Shown here: positions 22,808-31,627 of the stretch, one piece after another | Numbering within the stretch: position 1 is the first letter of the stretch | Layout of the letters: the number at the start of each line of letters is the position of its first letter | Origin: a virus | Virus record (IMG/VR): IMGVR_UViG_3300045988_017193 | Coordinates: 1-36,515 of that record | DNA: 36,515 nt | Direction: 5' to 3' (one strand) | Notes under the pieces: model-generated | Database searches by the model: none | The model's input: the letters and a program-made list of their open reading frames with translations, nothing else | Told to the model about the DNA's origin: nothing | Translations under genes and position numbers: made by a program

Positions 22808-23394
22808 TCACCTCAAACATGGGACGTACAGATCTCTTTTCACTTCGGTTGCCGATCCGTTTACAACTTGCTGCGCGTTCATCAGATCGTGCAGTTCCCC
22901 GATCGGCATTGATGCAAATTCTCTGTATGGTATCCCTAATTTTCGCCCCCAGAGTTCCATGTAAACTAATCCGTTTCCTCCGGGGCTTTTCCGTTTTTTT
23001 CTTTTGACTGTACTTCTAGTTCTGTTTTCCCGCTGGTATTCATCGCACCCGTGATAGCTGCGATCAGATCCCCCGCATTGTTTAGGTCCACCGCCACATC
23101 CAGTTCTTCTTCTGTCAGCGCGACATACTTTTCATTCTCGATGCGTGCACCTTTTTCCGGTGGCAGATCTTTGCAAAATAGATTCATGTATGCAACGCCC
23201 TGCTGGATCAGCACGGCCATGATATACGTGATAGCGTCTAACGTCTCCATGCTTACGCCATCGCCAGCACCTCGCATTACTTCTCCCATCTTGTCGATGC
23301 TCCCGAACTTTTTAGCGAATGCCTTTGATGCTCCAAGAGAAAACGAAAGCGGGTATTTACTACCCGCAATTTCTACATATGTTATTCTGTCCAT
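22808..23394 (-). CDS. Tail assembly chaperone GT-type fusion, produced by a -1 programmed frameshift
   Basis: From the slippery site, the -1 frame is open for 64 codons (KKRKSPGGNGLVYMELWGRKLGIPYREFASMPIGELHDLMNAQQVVNG...) and stops 5 nt before the tape measure ATG. Confidence 0.7.
22966..23394 (-). CDS. Tail assembly chaperone (G-type, zero-frame product)
   Basis: It lies between the major tail and tape measure genes, is 142 aa, and is acidic. Confidence 0.85.
   Translation of the reverse strand: MDRITYVEIAGSKYPLSFSLGASKAFAKKFGSIDKMGEVMRGAGDGVSMETLDAITYIMAVLIQQGVAYMNLFCKDLPPEKGARIENEKYVALTEEELDVAVDLNNAGDLIAAITGAMNTSGKTELEVQSKEKNGKAPEETD
22993..22999 (-). promoter_or_regulatory. Slippery heptamer A_AAA_AAC for the -1 frameshift
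   Basis: The zero-frame codons are GAA AAA AAC (E K N), 9 codons before the G stop. It lies within a run of 7 A. Confidence 0.7.
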
Positions 23395-23404
23395 GGCTTA
23401 CCTC

Positions 23405-24049
23405 CTATGATACCGGGTTCTCTCCTTTGCTACTCTGCGCATTAGTCGCAGCCGCTGCTCCACACTTGAATTTCAGCCACAAAAGTGCTTCGCTTTCCGA
23501 TTCGAACCATGCGTCCGACATCCACGGATGGATTCCGTTTTCTCCGCTCGCATCACTTCTGGATACTGCGCCCGACAGTTCTGGTGTCTGCCAATCTACA
23601 TCCTCGCCCTTTGTTGTGGCAGCTCCTTCCGGCACATTAAAATGAACCTTGTGCAGGAAAATGGCGCGATATTTATTCACATCGTTTACCTGGTGCATTT
23701 CAATGAATCCAACGCCCAGGTATGGTGGATTGTAGTCGTCGTCAAAAACCTGTACCGTCGCTGTTTTTTCTTGTGAATACGCTTCCGTCATCGTTTTGGT
23801 TCCCAGAATTGCTTTAGAAACTTCCTGGGAAAGATCTGCCGTCGTCAGTGTTAGTTCGCCGCCCTGGAACGTTCCCTTGTCGTTTTCGGCAATGCCATTG
23901 TCTGCATAGAATGGATTGTCGTCACCGGTCGTCCAGGAAAGACTATATTCAACGGCTTTGTCCATGATGGTCGGATCTGCATATGTTACAGTTCCGCCGT
24001 CATTGGTGTATATTCCAAACACTGGAATTGAAAATCCTTTAATTGCCAT
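23405..24049 (-). CDS. Major tail protein
   Basis: The position and sequence (MAIKGFSIPVFGIY...) are typical of phi13/TP901-type major tail proteins. Confidence 0.85.
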   Translation of the reverse strand: MAIKGFSIPVFGIYTNDGGTVTYADPTIMDKAVEYSLSWTTGDDNPFYADNGIAENDKGTFQGGELTLTTADLSQEVSKAILGTKTMTEAYSQEKTATVQVFDDDYNPPYLGVGFIEMHQVNDVNKYRAIFLHKVHFNVPEGAATTKGEDVDWQTPELSGAVSRSDASGENGIHPWMSDAWFESESEALLWLKFKCGAAAATNAQSSKGENPVS

Positions 24050-24549
24050 TATTTCATCTCCTTTTCTATTTCTCTTTCGAGTTCTTTTTTCATTGCTTCT
24101 CTCGCTTTTGCACGTGCCTTGTTTACGCTGGTTCTGATGATCGGATTTTTTATCCGAAAACTAGATCCGGATGTGATCGCTCTCGCCAATAGGACGTTAG
24201 GCAGCCCTCCCGGATGCTTCTTCGTCTTGATGCTTCCGTATCCGTCAAATCCGACATGTGTGTCTACGCTGTTTCCTTTGTCGGCTATCTTTGCCACACC
24301 GAATCCATTTATCAGATCAGCTTTTTGCTGCCTGCTGATCGTATTGATCGGATTCGCTGCCGTTCCATACGGCGGTAGCCCTGGTATGCTCCCTTCTGCG
24401 GTCGGGATTGTTTTTAATCCTGCTTTGATGGTATCTGCGACTATTTTGGCTCCTTTATAAACGGCACGCTTTTCCGCTTCCTCCGCATTGTCGCTGACCC
24501 GTTCCAGGCTTCGCACGTATTCTTCTAGTCCCGTTATTTTCAGCCCCAT
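24049..24549 (-). CDS. Tail completion / HK97 gp10-like neck protein
   Basis: MGLKITGLEEYVRSLE... matches the HK97 gp10-family N-terminus. I chose the ATG 5 nt after GAGGTG. Confidence 0.75.
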   Translation of the reverse strand: MGLKITGLEEYVRSLERVSDNAEEAEKRAVYKGAKIVADTIKAGLKTIPTAEGSIPGLPPYGTAANPINTISRQQKADLINGFGVAKIADKGNSVDTHVGFDGYGSIKTKKHPGGLPNVLLARAITSGSSFRIKNPIIRTSVNKARAKAREAMKKELEREIEKEMK

Positions 24550-24896
24550 CACGTCACCTCAAACGTCCACTCGTAGTGGATGAACTTTCCCATGTTTGAC
24601 TCCTCCCTTTGCACTGATTCCAATGCAAAAGAGACCCCCGCTTTATTGAGAGCCTCCTGGATCTTGTCGAAGAGCTTATAGTCTTGCGGCAGCGCGTACA
24701 GATCGATGCTCCCGCCGATTGTCTGGCACAGTTTGCCGTTATCCGCCGAGAGAGCGCTGGTCTCGTCTTCTTCGCTGTAGACGATGTGCGTTCTCGTGGC
24801 ATCATTCGGTCTATGGTGACCGACGTTATCAGACACGCTTATCAGTGCATTTTTGACCGGCTGCAGCATTTCATCCAACGATCTCATATTCTTCAC
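24549..24896 (-). CDS. Head-tail joining / neck protein
   Basis: Assigned by its position in the connector module. The start is ambiguous (GTG 24896 or ATG 24887). Confidence 0.65.
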   Translation of the reverse strand: MKNMRSLDEMLQPVKNALISVSDNVGHHRPNDATRTHIVYSEEDETSALSADNGKLCQTIGGSIDLYALPQDYKLFDKIQEALNKAGVSFALESVQREESNMGKFIHYEWTFEVT

Positions 24897-25215
24897 CGTT
24901 CCTTTCCAGCGCCAGTTTTAAAATCTTGATCCCGTTTTCATCTTCGGCGTTTTGGATCTGCCGGATCAGAAACTGGGCTCCGTCTTCGGTGACTGCGATC
25001 TGGTTCGTGCTGATCCTTTCCCGCAAATCGTAAATGGCGATCATTCGCTCGATCAGCTGATCGGCTTTGATCGCTTCGTAGTATCTAGTCACTCCGACAG
25101 TCAGATTCTCGTACATGTGCTTCGCAGCCATCTCCAGCTGTTTCCTTGGCTCTTCCCCGTTTTCTGCAGCATTTGTCACGTTGCAGATCTTTACCGGTCC
25201 GCTGTCAAATGTCAT
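24871..25215 (-). CDS. Head-tail adaptor (head closure) protein
   Basis: Position and size fit, and the ...ISTNQIAVTEDGAQFLIRQIQN.. pattern matches head-tail joining proteins. Confidence 0.7.
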   Translation of the reverse strand: MTFDSGPVKICNVTNAAENGEEPRKQLEMAAKHMYENLTVGVTRYYEAIKADQLIERMIAIYDLRERISTNQIAVTEDGAQFLIRQIQNAEDENGIKILKLALERNGEEYEIVG

Positions 25216-25490
25216 TCTGCTCGTCCTTTCTGCGAAAAAAGCAAATTGTTTAGTTCATAACGCAGGAAACGAGGCATGCTCGTTTCCTTGCCTGCTCGTT
25301 TCCTGAAAAGATATGCCGCATAGTGTACATTGATCATTTCGCATTCGATTGCTTCCTCGTACTTGATCCCTTCCCGCTCCATTAGTTTTTTAGAAAAATC
25401 CAGAAGCTGCGTCAGATATTCGTCGTTCGCCGTCGTGAACTCCTGCTGAAGATCTTTTTTTAAAATAATCAACTTTTCTGCGTCATTCAT
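25212..25490 (-). CDS. Head-tail connector (gp6-like)
   Basis: 92 aa, immediately after the capsid gene. Its start MNDAEKLIILKKDLQ... is typical of this family. Confidence 0.7.
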   Translation of the reverse strand: MNDAEKLIILKKDLQQEFTTANDEYLTQLLDFSKKLMEREGIKYEEAIECEMINVHYAAYLFRKRAGKETSMPRFLRYELNNLLFSQKGRAE

Positions 25491-25501
25491 TTAAACCCCT
25501 C

Positions 25502-27220
25502 CTAGGATTTCGTTACATTTACAGTGTAGACTCTCACCGCATTGCCCTGTCTTACTGTCACGGTCAGCGGCTTAGTCCCTTTCGCCCATGTTATTTCCTC
25601 TCCGATTCCAACGTTCTTTCCGTTGTAGGAAATTTCAACAGATGCGCTACCTTCTACCGGCGTAGCTACAACGGTGCCCTTGGCTGCGGATGCTGCTGCA
25701 ATCGCGTACTCTGTCACGTCCGGGCTAAATGCTGGAGCCAGCGTTTCGGCTCCGATCGTCAGGCTCTGCAGCTTGGCATCGTTTGCGGTGTCTGCTGCAA
25801 AGGTCATTGCCGTGGTCACCTCGTTGTTCTTGATGTTGATCGCCATGAATGCACCCGGGATCACCGGCATGCCGTCAGCTCTTTCTGTGCCCTTGAATAC
25901 GGTATTGTCCAACAGGAACTGTACGTGCTCGGACTGCGTCAGTTTGATGCCAGCGCGCTGTGCCCACAGATACAGCTCTCCGTATCCTCCGACGATATCG
26001 CCGTCTGCCATGAATTCCAGTTCTTCGATCGTTCCAGTGATGATCGGCAGCTGTTCCTGCAGGTCCGCAGTCAGCTTTCCTTCTGCGCTAAACGCTACCA
26101 GTTTTGCCTGCAACATTCTCTTCGTCTTGGAACTCATTGCCCAGAAGATCTCGCCACGATTGTATCTGGTATGCATCGCCGCAGTTACCACGATCAGTTT
26201 TGCCCAGAACTCTACAGCGCTAAGGCTATCGCCGTCGAATTTCACGATATTGGACTGGTGCAGATCTTCCCATGTTGGTGCTGCATCCGGATATCCGCTC
26301 GGCTTCATTGTCTGTGCCAGTCTTGTTACGATACCCAGCGGCATCTTGCTCGCTGCGCCTTTTCCGTACAGGATCGCCTTGTCCTTTGCATATCCGATCG
26401 CCGCCGAGATCATTTCGATGATTTCCGCCGCCAGATTTACGTCAGTCGCATCTTCCAGCATGGAATTGCACACCGGAATGAATCCGGCTACTTTGTATCC
26501 GTCAGTCGTTACCTGGTTAAATTCGAAACTCAGTTCATTGATTGCACCGCACATTTCTGTCCATACACCTTCCGGAATTGTACCGACGATCGTCTGTCTT
26601 CCTTCTCCGGCAACCTGTGCTGTGCGCACGTGCTCGATCAGCTTGGAATATCTTGTGGCATTTTCTGCAATGATATCCAGCATCACTACCGGGATGTTCA
26701 GCTCTGCTCCGCTAACGCTTCTCGTTTCATTCTTCATGCTACGCAGGCGCTGCAGAAAATCCTTTACCTCCTCATCTCCCATGATCTGATCTCTTGTTTC
26801 CATCGGCAGTGCGTACAGTGCTCTCACGTTTTTTGGCAGGCTGCGGATGGTTGCGCCAGCAAACGGCGCCGGTAACTGTCCTCTTCCCATTCTTTCTTTC
26901 CTTTCTGCACTTCTGTGCGTTCCAGCTTTTCCGGATCTATCTTCCGGTTCAGCCGCTTCAGCTTCTTCCAGTTCTGCTTCTAATCCTTCAATTTCTCCGG
27001 CCAGATCATTCTTTGCGGTTTCGTGCGTTTCTTTTTCTTCGTCAAATTTTTCAACTTCCTCCTCGACCGCATTCTGTTCTTCTTCGGTCTCCGCTTCACC
27101 GATCGCTGTCTCCAGCTCGGCTTCTCTTGTCTGGAATTCTGCATCCTTTTTCCGCAGTTCCTCCAGCTGTTCTTTTTTTGCGTCGATCTTACGCCGAAGC
27201 ATCAGTTTCTTTAGTGCCAT
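25502..27220 (-). CDS. Major capsid protein (HK97 fold) with an N-terminal acidic coiled-coil (scaffold-like) region and a C-terminal cadherin-like beta-sandwich domain
   Basis: The core is NIPVVMLDII...GYKVAGFIPVCNSMLED.... The C-terminus is LQSLTIGAETLAPAFSPDVTEYAIAA...VRVYTVNVTKS. RBS AAAGGAG. Confidence 0.9.
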   Translation of the reverse strand: MALKKLMLRRKIDAKKEQLEELRKKDAEFQTREAELETAIGEAETEEEQNAVEEEVEKFDEEKETHETAKNDLAGEIEGLEAELEEAEAAEPEDRSGKAGTHRSAERKERMGRGQLPAPFAGATIRSLPKNVRALYALPMETRDQIMGDEEVKDFLQRLRSMKNETRSVSGAELNIPVVMLDIIAENATRYSKLIEHVRTAQVAGEGRQTIVGTIPEGVWTEMCGAINELSFEFNQVTTDGYKVAGFIPVCNSMLEDATDVNLAAEIIEMISAAIGYAKDKAILYGKGAASKMPLGIVTRLAQTMKPSGYPDAAPTWEDLHQSNIVKFDGDSLSAVEFWAKLIVVTAAMHTRYNRGEIFWAMSSKTKRMLQAKLVAFSAEGKLTADLQEQLPIITGTIEELEFMADGDIVGGYGELYLWAQRAGIKLTQSEHVQFLLDNTVFKGTERADGMPVIPGAFMAINIKNNEVTTAMTFAADTANDAKLQSLTIGAETLAPAFSPDVTEYAIAAASAAKGTVVATPVEGSASVEISYNGKNVGIGEEITWAKGTKPLTVTVRQGNAVRVYTVNVTKS

Positions 27221-27794
27221 TTTTTTCTCCTTTCATTCGCGCCATCATGCGCGCTCTCCACGACTCATTCTTTCTCTTTCGGATGTCTTCCACCTGTCTT
27301 TTGCGGGCTTCGACCCCGGTTTCTTCGTATGCCGGGAAGGTGACCACAGACACTTCATACAGCTTCACCGCTTTGATCGTCCAGTGAACGCTATCACCTC
27401 GATCTTCGAATTCTTCTGCAACGATGTCGAATCCGAAACTGCACTGATTGACGTCGCCGCGCTTCACCCGTTCGTAGACGTTTACAGCGTCCTGATCGTT
27501 CGGGTTGATTTTAACTTCGCCCCACAGACCTTTTTCCTCGACCCGGAGCTGCAGTGTTCCGGCGATGTTTCTGCCCAGCACCAGGCGCGTGTCATGATTG
27601 ATCAGACACCGGATATCATCGTCCAGCGCTTCATCGAATGCGTGTGGGTCCACGCTTTCGCTCGCTCCTGGCCACAATTCATACTCGGATCCAAAAACCG
27701 CAAAATATCCAGAAATGAACATATCCCCGGATTCTTCTGCCCTGGTTTTGAACGATCCGGGTACTCCCCGCATCTGTCTTTTTTTTCTATCCAT
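27189..27794 (-). CDS. Prohead protease (HK97/S78 family)
   Basis: ISGYFAVFG...LINHD...LG...CSFGF. I chose the ATG 6 nt after GGAGGAGGTG. Confidence 0.85.
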   Translation of the reverse strand: MDRKKRQMRGVPGSFKTRAEESGDMFISGYFAVFGSEYELWPGASESVDPHAFDEALDDDIRCLINHDTRLVLGRNIAGTLQLRVEEKGLWGEVKINPNDQDAVNVYERVKRGDVNQCSFGFDIVAEEFEDRGDSVHWTIKAVKLYEVSVVTFPAYEETGVEARKRQVEDIRKRKNESWRARMMARMKGEKNGTKETDASA

Positions 27795-28992
27795 TATTCT
27801 CACCTCCTCCGTTTAGTTTGCTTTGATCTCCTATCATTCCTCTCGGTATGTAGTTTTCCAGTATGATCAGATCGTTCAGTCCTTCTCTTGGCGACAGTCC
27901 GATCCAGTCTCTGACTTCGTTTCCATCCATGATTCCCCGTACATACTGATCGTCTGCGATAGCCGCCAGATCTTTCAGATCATAGTTGTACAGGCTTCGA
28001 CTATTGAACCGGAAGAACCAGTCCGGATTCAGCAGCAGCTTTTTGGTCATTTCTTGCTGGATGCTCTGCGCCAGCGGCATTATTTTGGAACTAATGAAAT
28101 TGTTCCAGGCGTTTCGGTCGAATTCCCCGACGCCCAGAACGAACGGTGGCACGCCCAGGATGGACGCGACTGTTCTTTTGTCTAGTTCCACGAAATCCGC
28201 CAGTGCCAGATCTGCCAGTGTCAGCGGCTTGACCTGCTCCACGGAAAATGCTTCCGATGGAATCATCCACGGTTCGCCTGCTTCTGTTGTCGAAATATAA
28301 TCATCCAGCAGTCGTTTTCTGCCGTCTGGGTTTGAAAACTCTTCGGTCAGTCCGTCCACTTTTACGATGATCGACGGTTTCCATTTGGATTGCATGAATC
28401 CTTTTTCTGTGGCTGCCGCCTGTTTCAGATTGTTTGCCACCGTTGCCAGTGTCGTCCGGTATCCCGTTCCCTTCCAGGGATAACTTGGATCTGGATTTAC
28501 AACAAAATGCAGTACATCTCCCGGATCATATGTTTTCCCGTTGATCCTCACTTGATATCCCCAGTTTCCGTCCGGTATCAGCGAAACGGTTCCTGCCGGC
28601 ATCGGTATCATGTCTTCCAGGAATCCGTTCTGCGTCTTCGGGAAAACAACTGCGTTTCCGTTCCCTTCCAGAAACAACGTGCGGACGATCCAGTGAATGA
28701 ACTGCGATCTAGTGGTGCAGCTATACGGCTCGATGTCCACTTTCCGACTCAGCTCGTTTTTGATTCGAACGTCTCCGTCTTCAGTGTTTTCCATCAGGTG
28801 GATCGTCATGGATCCGATCAGCGCTGCGATCCGGTCGACCGCTGTGGACACTTCCGGGTTCTGCGCCAGCGATGTATATTCGCAACACGTCAGTGTTTCG
28901 TATGCATCCAGCCCGCACAATCCTACGATGCTTCTTTTTTGCTGCGGCTGCGCCCTGGCTTGCTTTGGTTTTTTCTTTGTCTTTTTGCTCAT
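27787..28992 (-). CDS. Portal protein (HK97 family)
   Basis: 401 aa. ATGA overlap with terL. It sits between the terminase and the protease. Confidence 0.9.
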   Translation of the reverse strand: MSKKTKKKPKQARAQPQQKRSIVGLCGLDAYETLTCCEYTSLAQNPEVSTAVDRIAALIGSMTIHLMENTEDGDVRIKNELSRKVDIEPYSCTTRSQFIHWIVRTLFLEGNGNAVVFPKTQNGFLEDMIPMPAGTVSLIPDGNWGYQVRINGKTYDPGDVLHFVVNPDPSYPWKGTGYRTTLATVANNLKQAAATEKGFMQSKWKPSIIVKVDGLTEEFSNPDGRKRLLDDYISTTEAGEPWMIPSEAFSVEQVKPLTLADLALADFVELDKRTVASILGVPPFVLGVGEFDRNAWNNFISSKIMPLAQSIQQEMTKKLLLNPDWFFRFNSRSLYNYDLKDLAAIADDQYVRGIMDGNEVRDWIGLSPREGLNDLIILENYIPRGMIGDQSKLNGGGENNG

Positions 28993-30719
28993 TTCTCACC
29001 CCACCATTCCTTTGCGTGCTGTGATTTTTCTAGGTTCTCCAGGTACCGGACGACGGAGAACACGGATGCATCGAATAGATCGATTCTGTGCTCCGGCTGC
29101 ACTTTTTCGTATTGGATCATGTCGTCGGTCTTTTCTACCGCCGTCACGTTTTCCACGCAGTATTCATATGCTTGTGAATGCAAATAATAAAGAGTGCCGT
29201 TTTTTGCACTCTTTTCTAAATATCTGAATCCCTCTGATTTTTTATAATAATATTGCGGCTGATCCACGATCTTGAATCCCGCCCGCTTCATTCCGATGAA
29301 ATACTCCCGGCAGAATTTCCGGTCATGGCCAACCTGTTTGATCTTGAACCCTTTCTTTCTCATGGACTCAAACCACTTGATCACGTCCGCCTGGTTTACG
29401 GTCGGACTGTTGCACATGGTCAGCCATCCGTCTTCTTCCCATCCAAATAGCGGGATGTTGTCCTGATCCGCTTTCAGATGTGCTGCCACTACCGGGAAGA
29501 ACGCATGCGTGATCACGATATCGGTTCCCTTGTAGTTTCCAAACAGGCACGCCGCAGTCAGATCGTGCAGTCTCGACAGGTCTGCGCCGCCGTACCAGTC
29601 GATCGGTAGCTTTGCCAGCTGTTCCAGCGTGAAGTCGTATTTTTCATCCGATCTTCTAAATTCCTCGATATCAAAATACGCTTTCAGTGCATTGGTGTAG
29701 ACGTTCAGACTTTTTGCGAAAAAGTCTTTTCGCTGCTGCGGATCGTTCTGCGCCTGGAGAGCATCGTTCATGATCTCTTCCGGCCGGATCGTTACCCCAT
29801 ACGCCGGATTTGCCATTTCGTGCACTTCCGGGTTTAGGTAATCAATTTCTCCATCTTCCCCTGGATTTGCGCAGCATATAAAAATAAAATACTGCTCATC
29901 TTTTATGGTCCCGTCTAGAACCTTCCGGCAGTATTTCAGTCGCTGGCCAAGGAACAGCTGTTCATTGTCTCCTGCTGTCGATATTCCAATCAGCAGTTTG
30001 TTGCTGTACGCCTTCATGGCTTCCTTGAACAGATTGTATTGTTTCGGTTTTTTGAATGCATGGATTTCGTCTATTATTGCAATGTTGCAGTTCAGCGAAT
30101 CCTGCGCGTCTGCATTGGCTGCCAACGCTCTAATATAGAACGAACCATCCGGGAAGGTGGCTTCCATGGAATGTTCGTTGTTATTATCAATCACTTTCAC
30201 CAGTCCGCCTTTGTCTTTCGTTTCTCCCAGACGTTCCAGGTTATAGTCTAAAAAATTGAAGCTCTCCAAGCTCTGCATCAGCGCAGCAGCTGCGATGTAT
30301 GTCTTGGAACCAGATTTTCGGTACCAGAGTGATAGCGCCCACGACAGTGCGGCCGCAAATGTGGTTTTTACATTTTTTCGCGGAACGAAAATAAGAGCTT
30401 CGTGGTACTTTGTGATTTTCGTTCCCCGCTTCATAATTCCGACCACGTTGTAGATTATAAACTTGTGAAACGGTTCCAGCAGAAACGGCTTTCCGCGAAG
30501 CGGCGTTCCATTGATGGATTCGCCCTGCTGGTGGCACAGCGTCTTTTCGATGATTCCGATACAGAATTCAGGTCCTTTCGGATCTAGCTCATACTTCGGG
30601 TTTTTCAGGTCTGAAAAAAAACGATCCACTGCCTGTTTTCGCTCTACATTCGCAACGATCTTTCCATCTCGGATTCCTTCTGCGTATTCAATTACCGTTT
30701 TGAAATTTTTAGCTTCCAA
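28989..30719 (-). CDS. terL: Terminase large subunit
   Basis: 576 aa, Terminase_1-like (Walker-A-region context ..[11 protein letters not shown].., DEIHAF, and a nuclease C-terminal half). The apparent start is TTG, 10 nt after GGAGGCG. There is no upstream in-frame ATG. Confidence 0.9.
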   Translation of the reverse strand: MEAKNFKTVIEYAEGIRDGKIVANVERKQAVDRFFSDLKNPKYELDPKGPEFCIGIIEKTLCHQQGESINGTPLRGKPFLLEPFHKFIIYNVVGIMKRGTKITKYHEALIFVPRKNVKTTFAAALSWALSLWYRKSGSKTYIAAAALMQSLESFNFLDYNLERLGETKDKGGLVKVIDNNNEHSMEATFPDGSFYIRALAANADAQDSLNCNIAIIDEIHAFKKPKQYNLFKEAMKAYSNKLLIGISTAGDNEQLFLGQRLKYCRKVLDGTIKDEQYFIFICCANPGEDGEIDYLNPEVHEMANPAYGVTIRPEEIMNDALQAQNDPQQRKDFFAKSLNVYTNALKAYFDIEEFRRSDEKYDFTLEQLAKLPIDWYGGADLSRLHDLTAACLFGNYKGTDIVITHAFFPVVAAHLKADQDNIPLFGWEEDGWLTMCNSPTVNQADVIKWFESMRKKGFKIKQVGHDRKFCREYFIGMKRAGFKIVDQPQYYYKKSEGFRYLEKSAKNGTLYYLHSQAYEYCVENVTAVEKTDDMIQYEKVQPEHRIDLFDASVFSVVRYLENLEKSQHAKEWWGEK

Positions 30720-31155
30720 GACTCTTTAACGCCTCCATCAGTCCTGACGATGATCCATCGTCGCTATCTCCACCTTTTATTTTTTTCAGTCCCGCCGGGG
30801 TAAGACCCAACTCTCTGTTGTATTCTAGAATCCTACGCTGCATTCCTTCGATTGCCAAGTACAGCGGGTTCTTAACCAAATTTGTGCTCCCATTTTTGTT
30901 AGTGTGCCTTATTACAAAGTTGTCTCCAAACTTAGAGAATTGTTCTTTCGCCTTGTCAAGATCTTCATACATTTTGGCGAGCGTTTTAATGGATTCCAGG
31001 TACTCTTCCCTATAAGTCCCAACCGACCTCATGTCGGCTATGATTCTTTTTTCATAGGTCTTGGCTCTCACTTCACACTTCACCTCCATCCTCAGTACGC
31101 CCGTAGCACGTCCGTGCTTTTGTTGTGTCTCGGTTCTTGAACGGTAAGCCCTCAT
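30709..31155 (-). CDS. terS: Terminase small subunit (P27-family-like)
   Basis: ..[39 protein letters not shown]. The start codon is uncertain: the ATG at 31155 has no SD and sits in a hairpin loop. Confidence 0.75.
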   Translation of the reverse strand: MRAYRSRTETQQKHGRATGVLRMEVKCEVRAKTYEKRIIADMRSVGTYREEYLESIKTLAKMYEDLDKAKEQFSKFGDNFVIRHTNKNGSTNLVKNPLYLAIEGMQRRILEYNRELGLTPAGLKKIKGGDSDDGSSSGLMEALKSLGS

Positions 31156-31169
31156 TTCTGGCTTACCGT
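31141..31169 (-). promoter_or_regulatory. Perfect 10-bp hairpin enclosing the first terS ATG in its 9-nt loop
   Basis: ACGGTAAGCC (31141-50) pairs with GGCTTACCGT (31160-69). On the minus strand the loop reads AGAAATGAG. Confidence 0.6.
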
Positions 31170-31467
31170 CGTCCGTTCGTGCCTTCGCCGCGCCTTCGGA
31201 CCTTTTCGCCGGCCTTGTAATTAAACGACTCTTTCCGATCGCTATCCTGCCCGGCGATCATTAAGTCGAGTTGCACTTCAGGATTCCTCCGCTTAGCATT
31301 TTTGTGAGTGCTGTCATCTCATTGACGGTGCCAGGTTTTTATAAGGCCGGTAAGTAACCTGGCACCGGGCGCATTTTATGTTTAGGCCACGCCACACCGC
31401 GTTCTTTTATAGCCGCATAACGCTGTAACGGCTCTTGAGTATGGAATTGTTCGGCTTCAAGTCTCCC

Positions 31468-31496
31468 TTGCTTTCCTTCTCAAGAGCTGCTATACT
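31468..31496 (+). promoter_or_regulatory. Plus-strand promoter candidate (TTGCTT-17-TGcTATACT, extended -10)
   Basis: TTGCTT at 31468-73, a 17-nt spacer, and TG at 31488-89 followed by TATACT at 31491-96. Confidence 0.45.
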
Positions 31497-31502
31497 AGTC
31501 TT

Positions 31503-31582
31503 GTGAGGGCTGCTTGATGCCGGTATCATGCAGTTACCACCGCGAGGTGGCCTCATGCCCGGGGTGCTGCCCGGGCTTTTTT
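31503..31582 (+). ncRNA. Candidate ~80-nt antisense sRNA (three-way junction plus terminator)
   Basis: Outer stem TGAGG (31504-08) / CCTCA (31551-55). Hairpin CTGC..GAT-gccggt-ATC..GCAG (31510-33). Hairpin CCACC-GCGA-GGTGG (31537-50) with a GNRA loop. Then GCCCGGG-gtgctg-CCCGGGC + TTTTTT. Confidence 0.4.
31557..31582 (+). terminator. Plus-strand rho-independent terminator in a region with no plus-strand genes
   Basis: GCCCGGG-gtgctg-CCCGGGC is followed by TTTTTT. On the minus strand the hairpin is preceded by A6 and followed by no T tract. Confidence 0.6.
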
Positions 31583-31627
31583 CATTACAAACAATGCCAC
31601 ACTTTCTCACAGAAGTCTATTGAAATT

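Noticed and set aside
19691-22912. Many long plus-strand ORFs (up to 331 aa, e.g. 20375-21370) antisense to the tape measure gene
   Set aside because: They lie opposite a confidently identified 1089-aa tape measure gene. Their products are Ala/Ser/Ile/Cys-rich low-complexity strings, the mirror image of the GCN/ATC-rich repeat codons. None has a convincing RBS.
25674-27866. Plus-strand ORFs of 371, 316, 339 and 197 aa antisense to the capsid and protease genes
   Set aside because: These are antisense to genes with clear HK97 capsid and protease signatures. The products are Ser/Cys/Phe-rich and implausible, they lack SD sequences, and codon periodicity favours the minus strand.
31407-31610. 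A 67-aa minus-strand ORF (and an 81-aa plus-strand ORF 31514-31759) in the terS-upstream gap
   Set aside because: There is no RBS, the composition is odd, and both run straight through several strong hairpins. I interpret the region as structured non-coding DNA or RNA.
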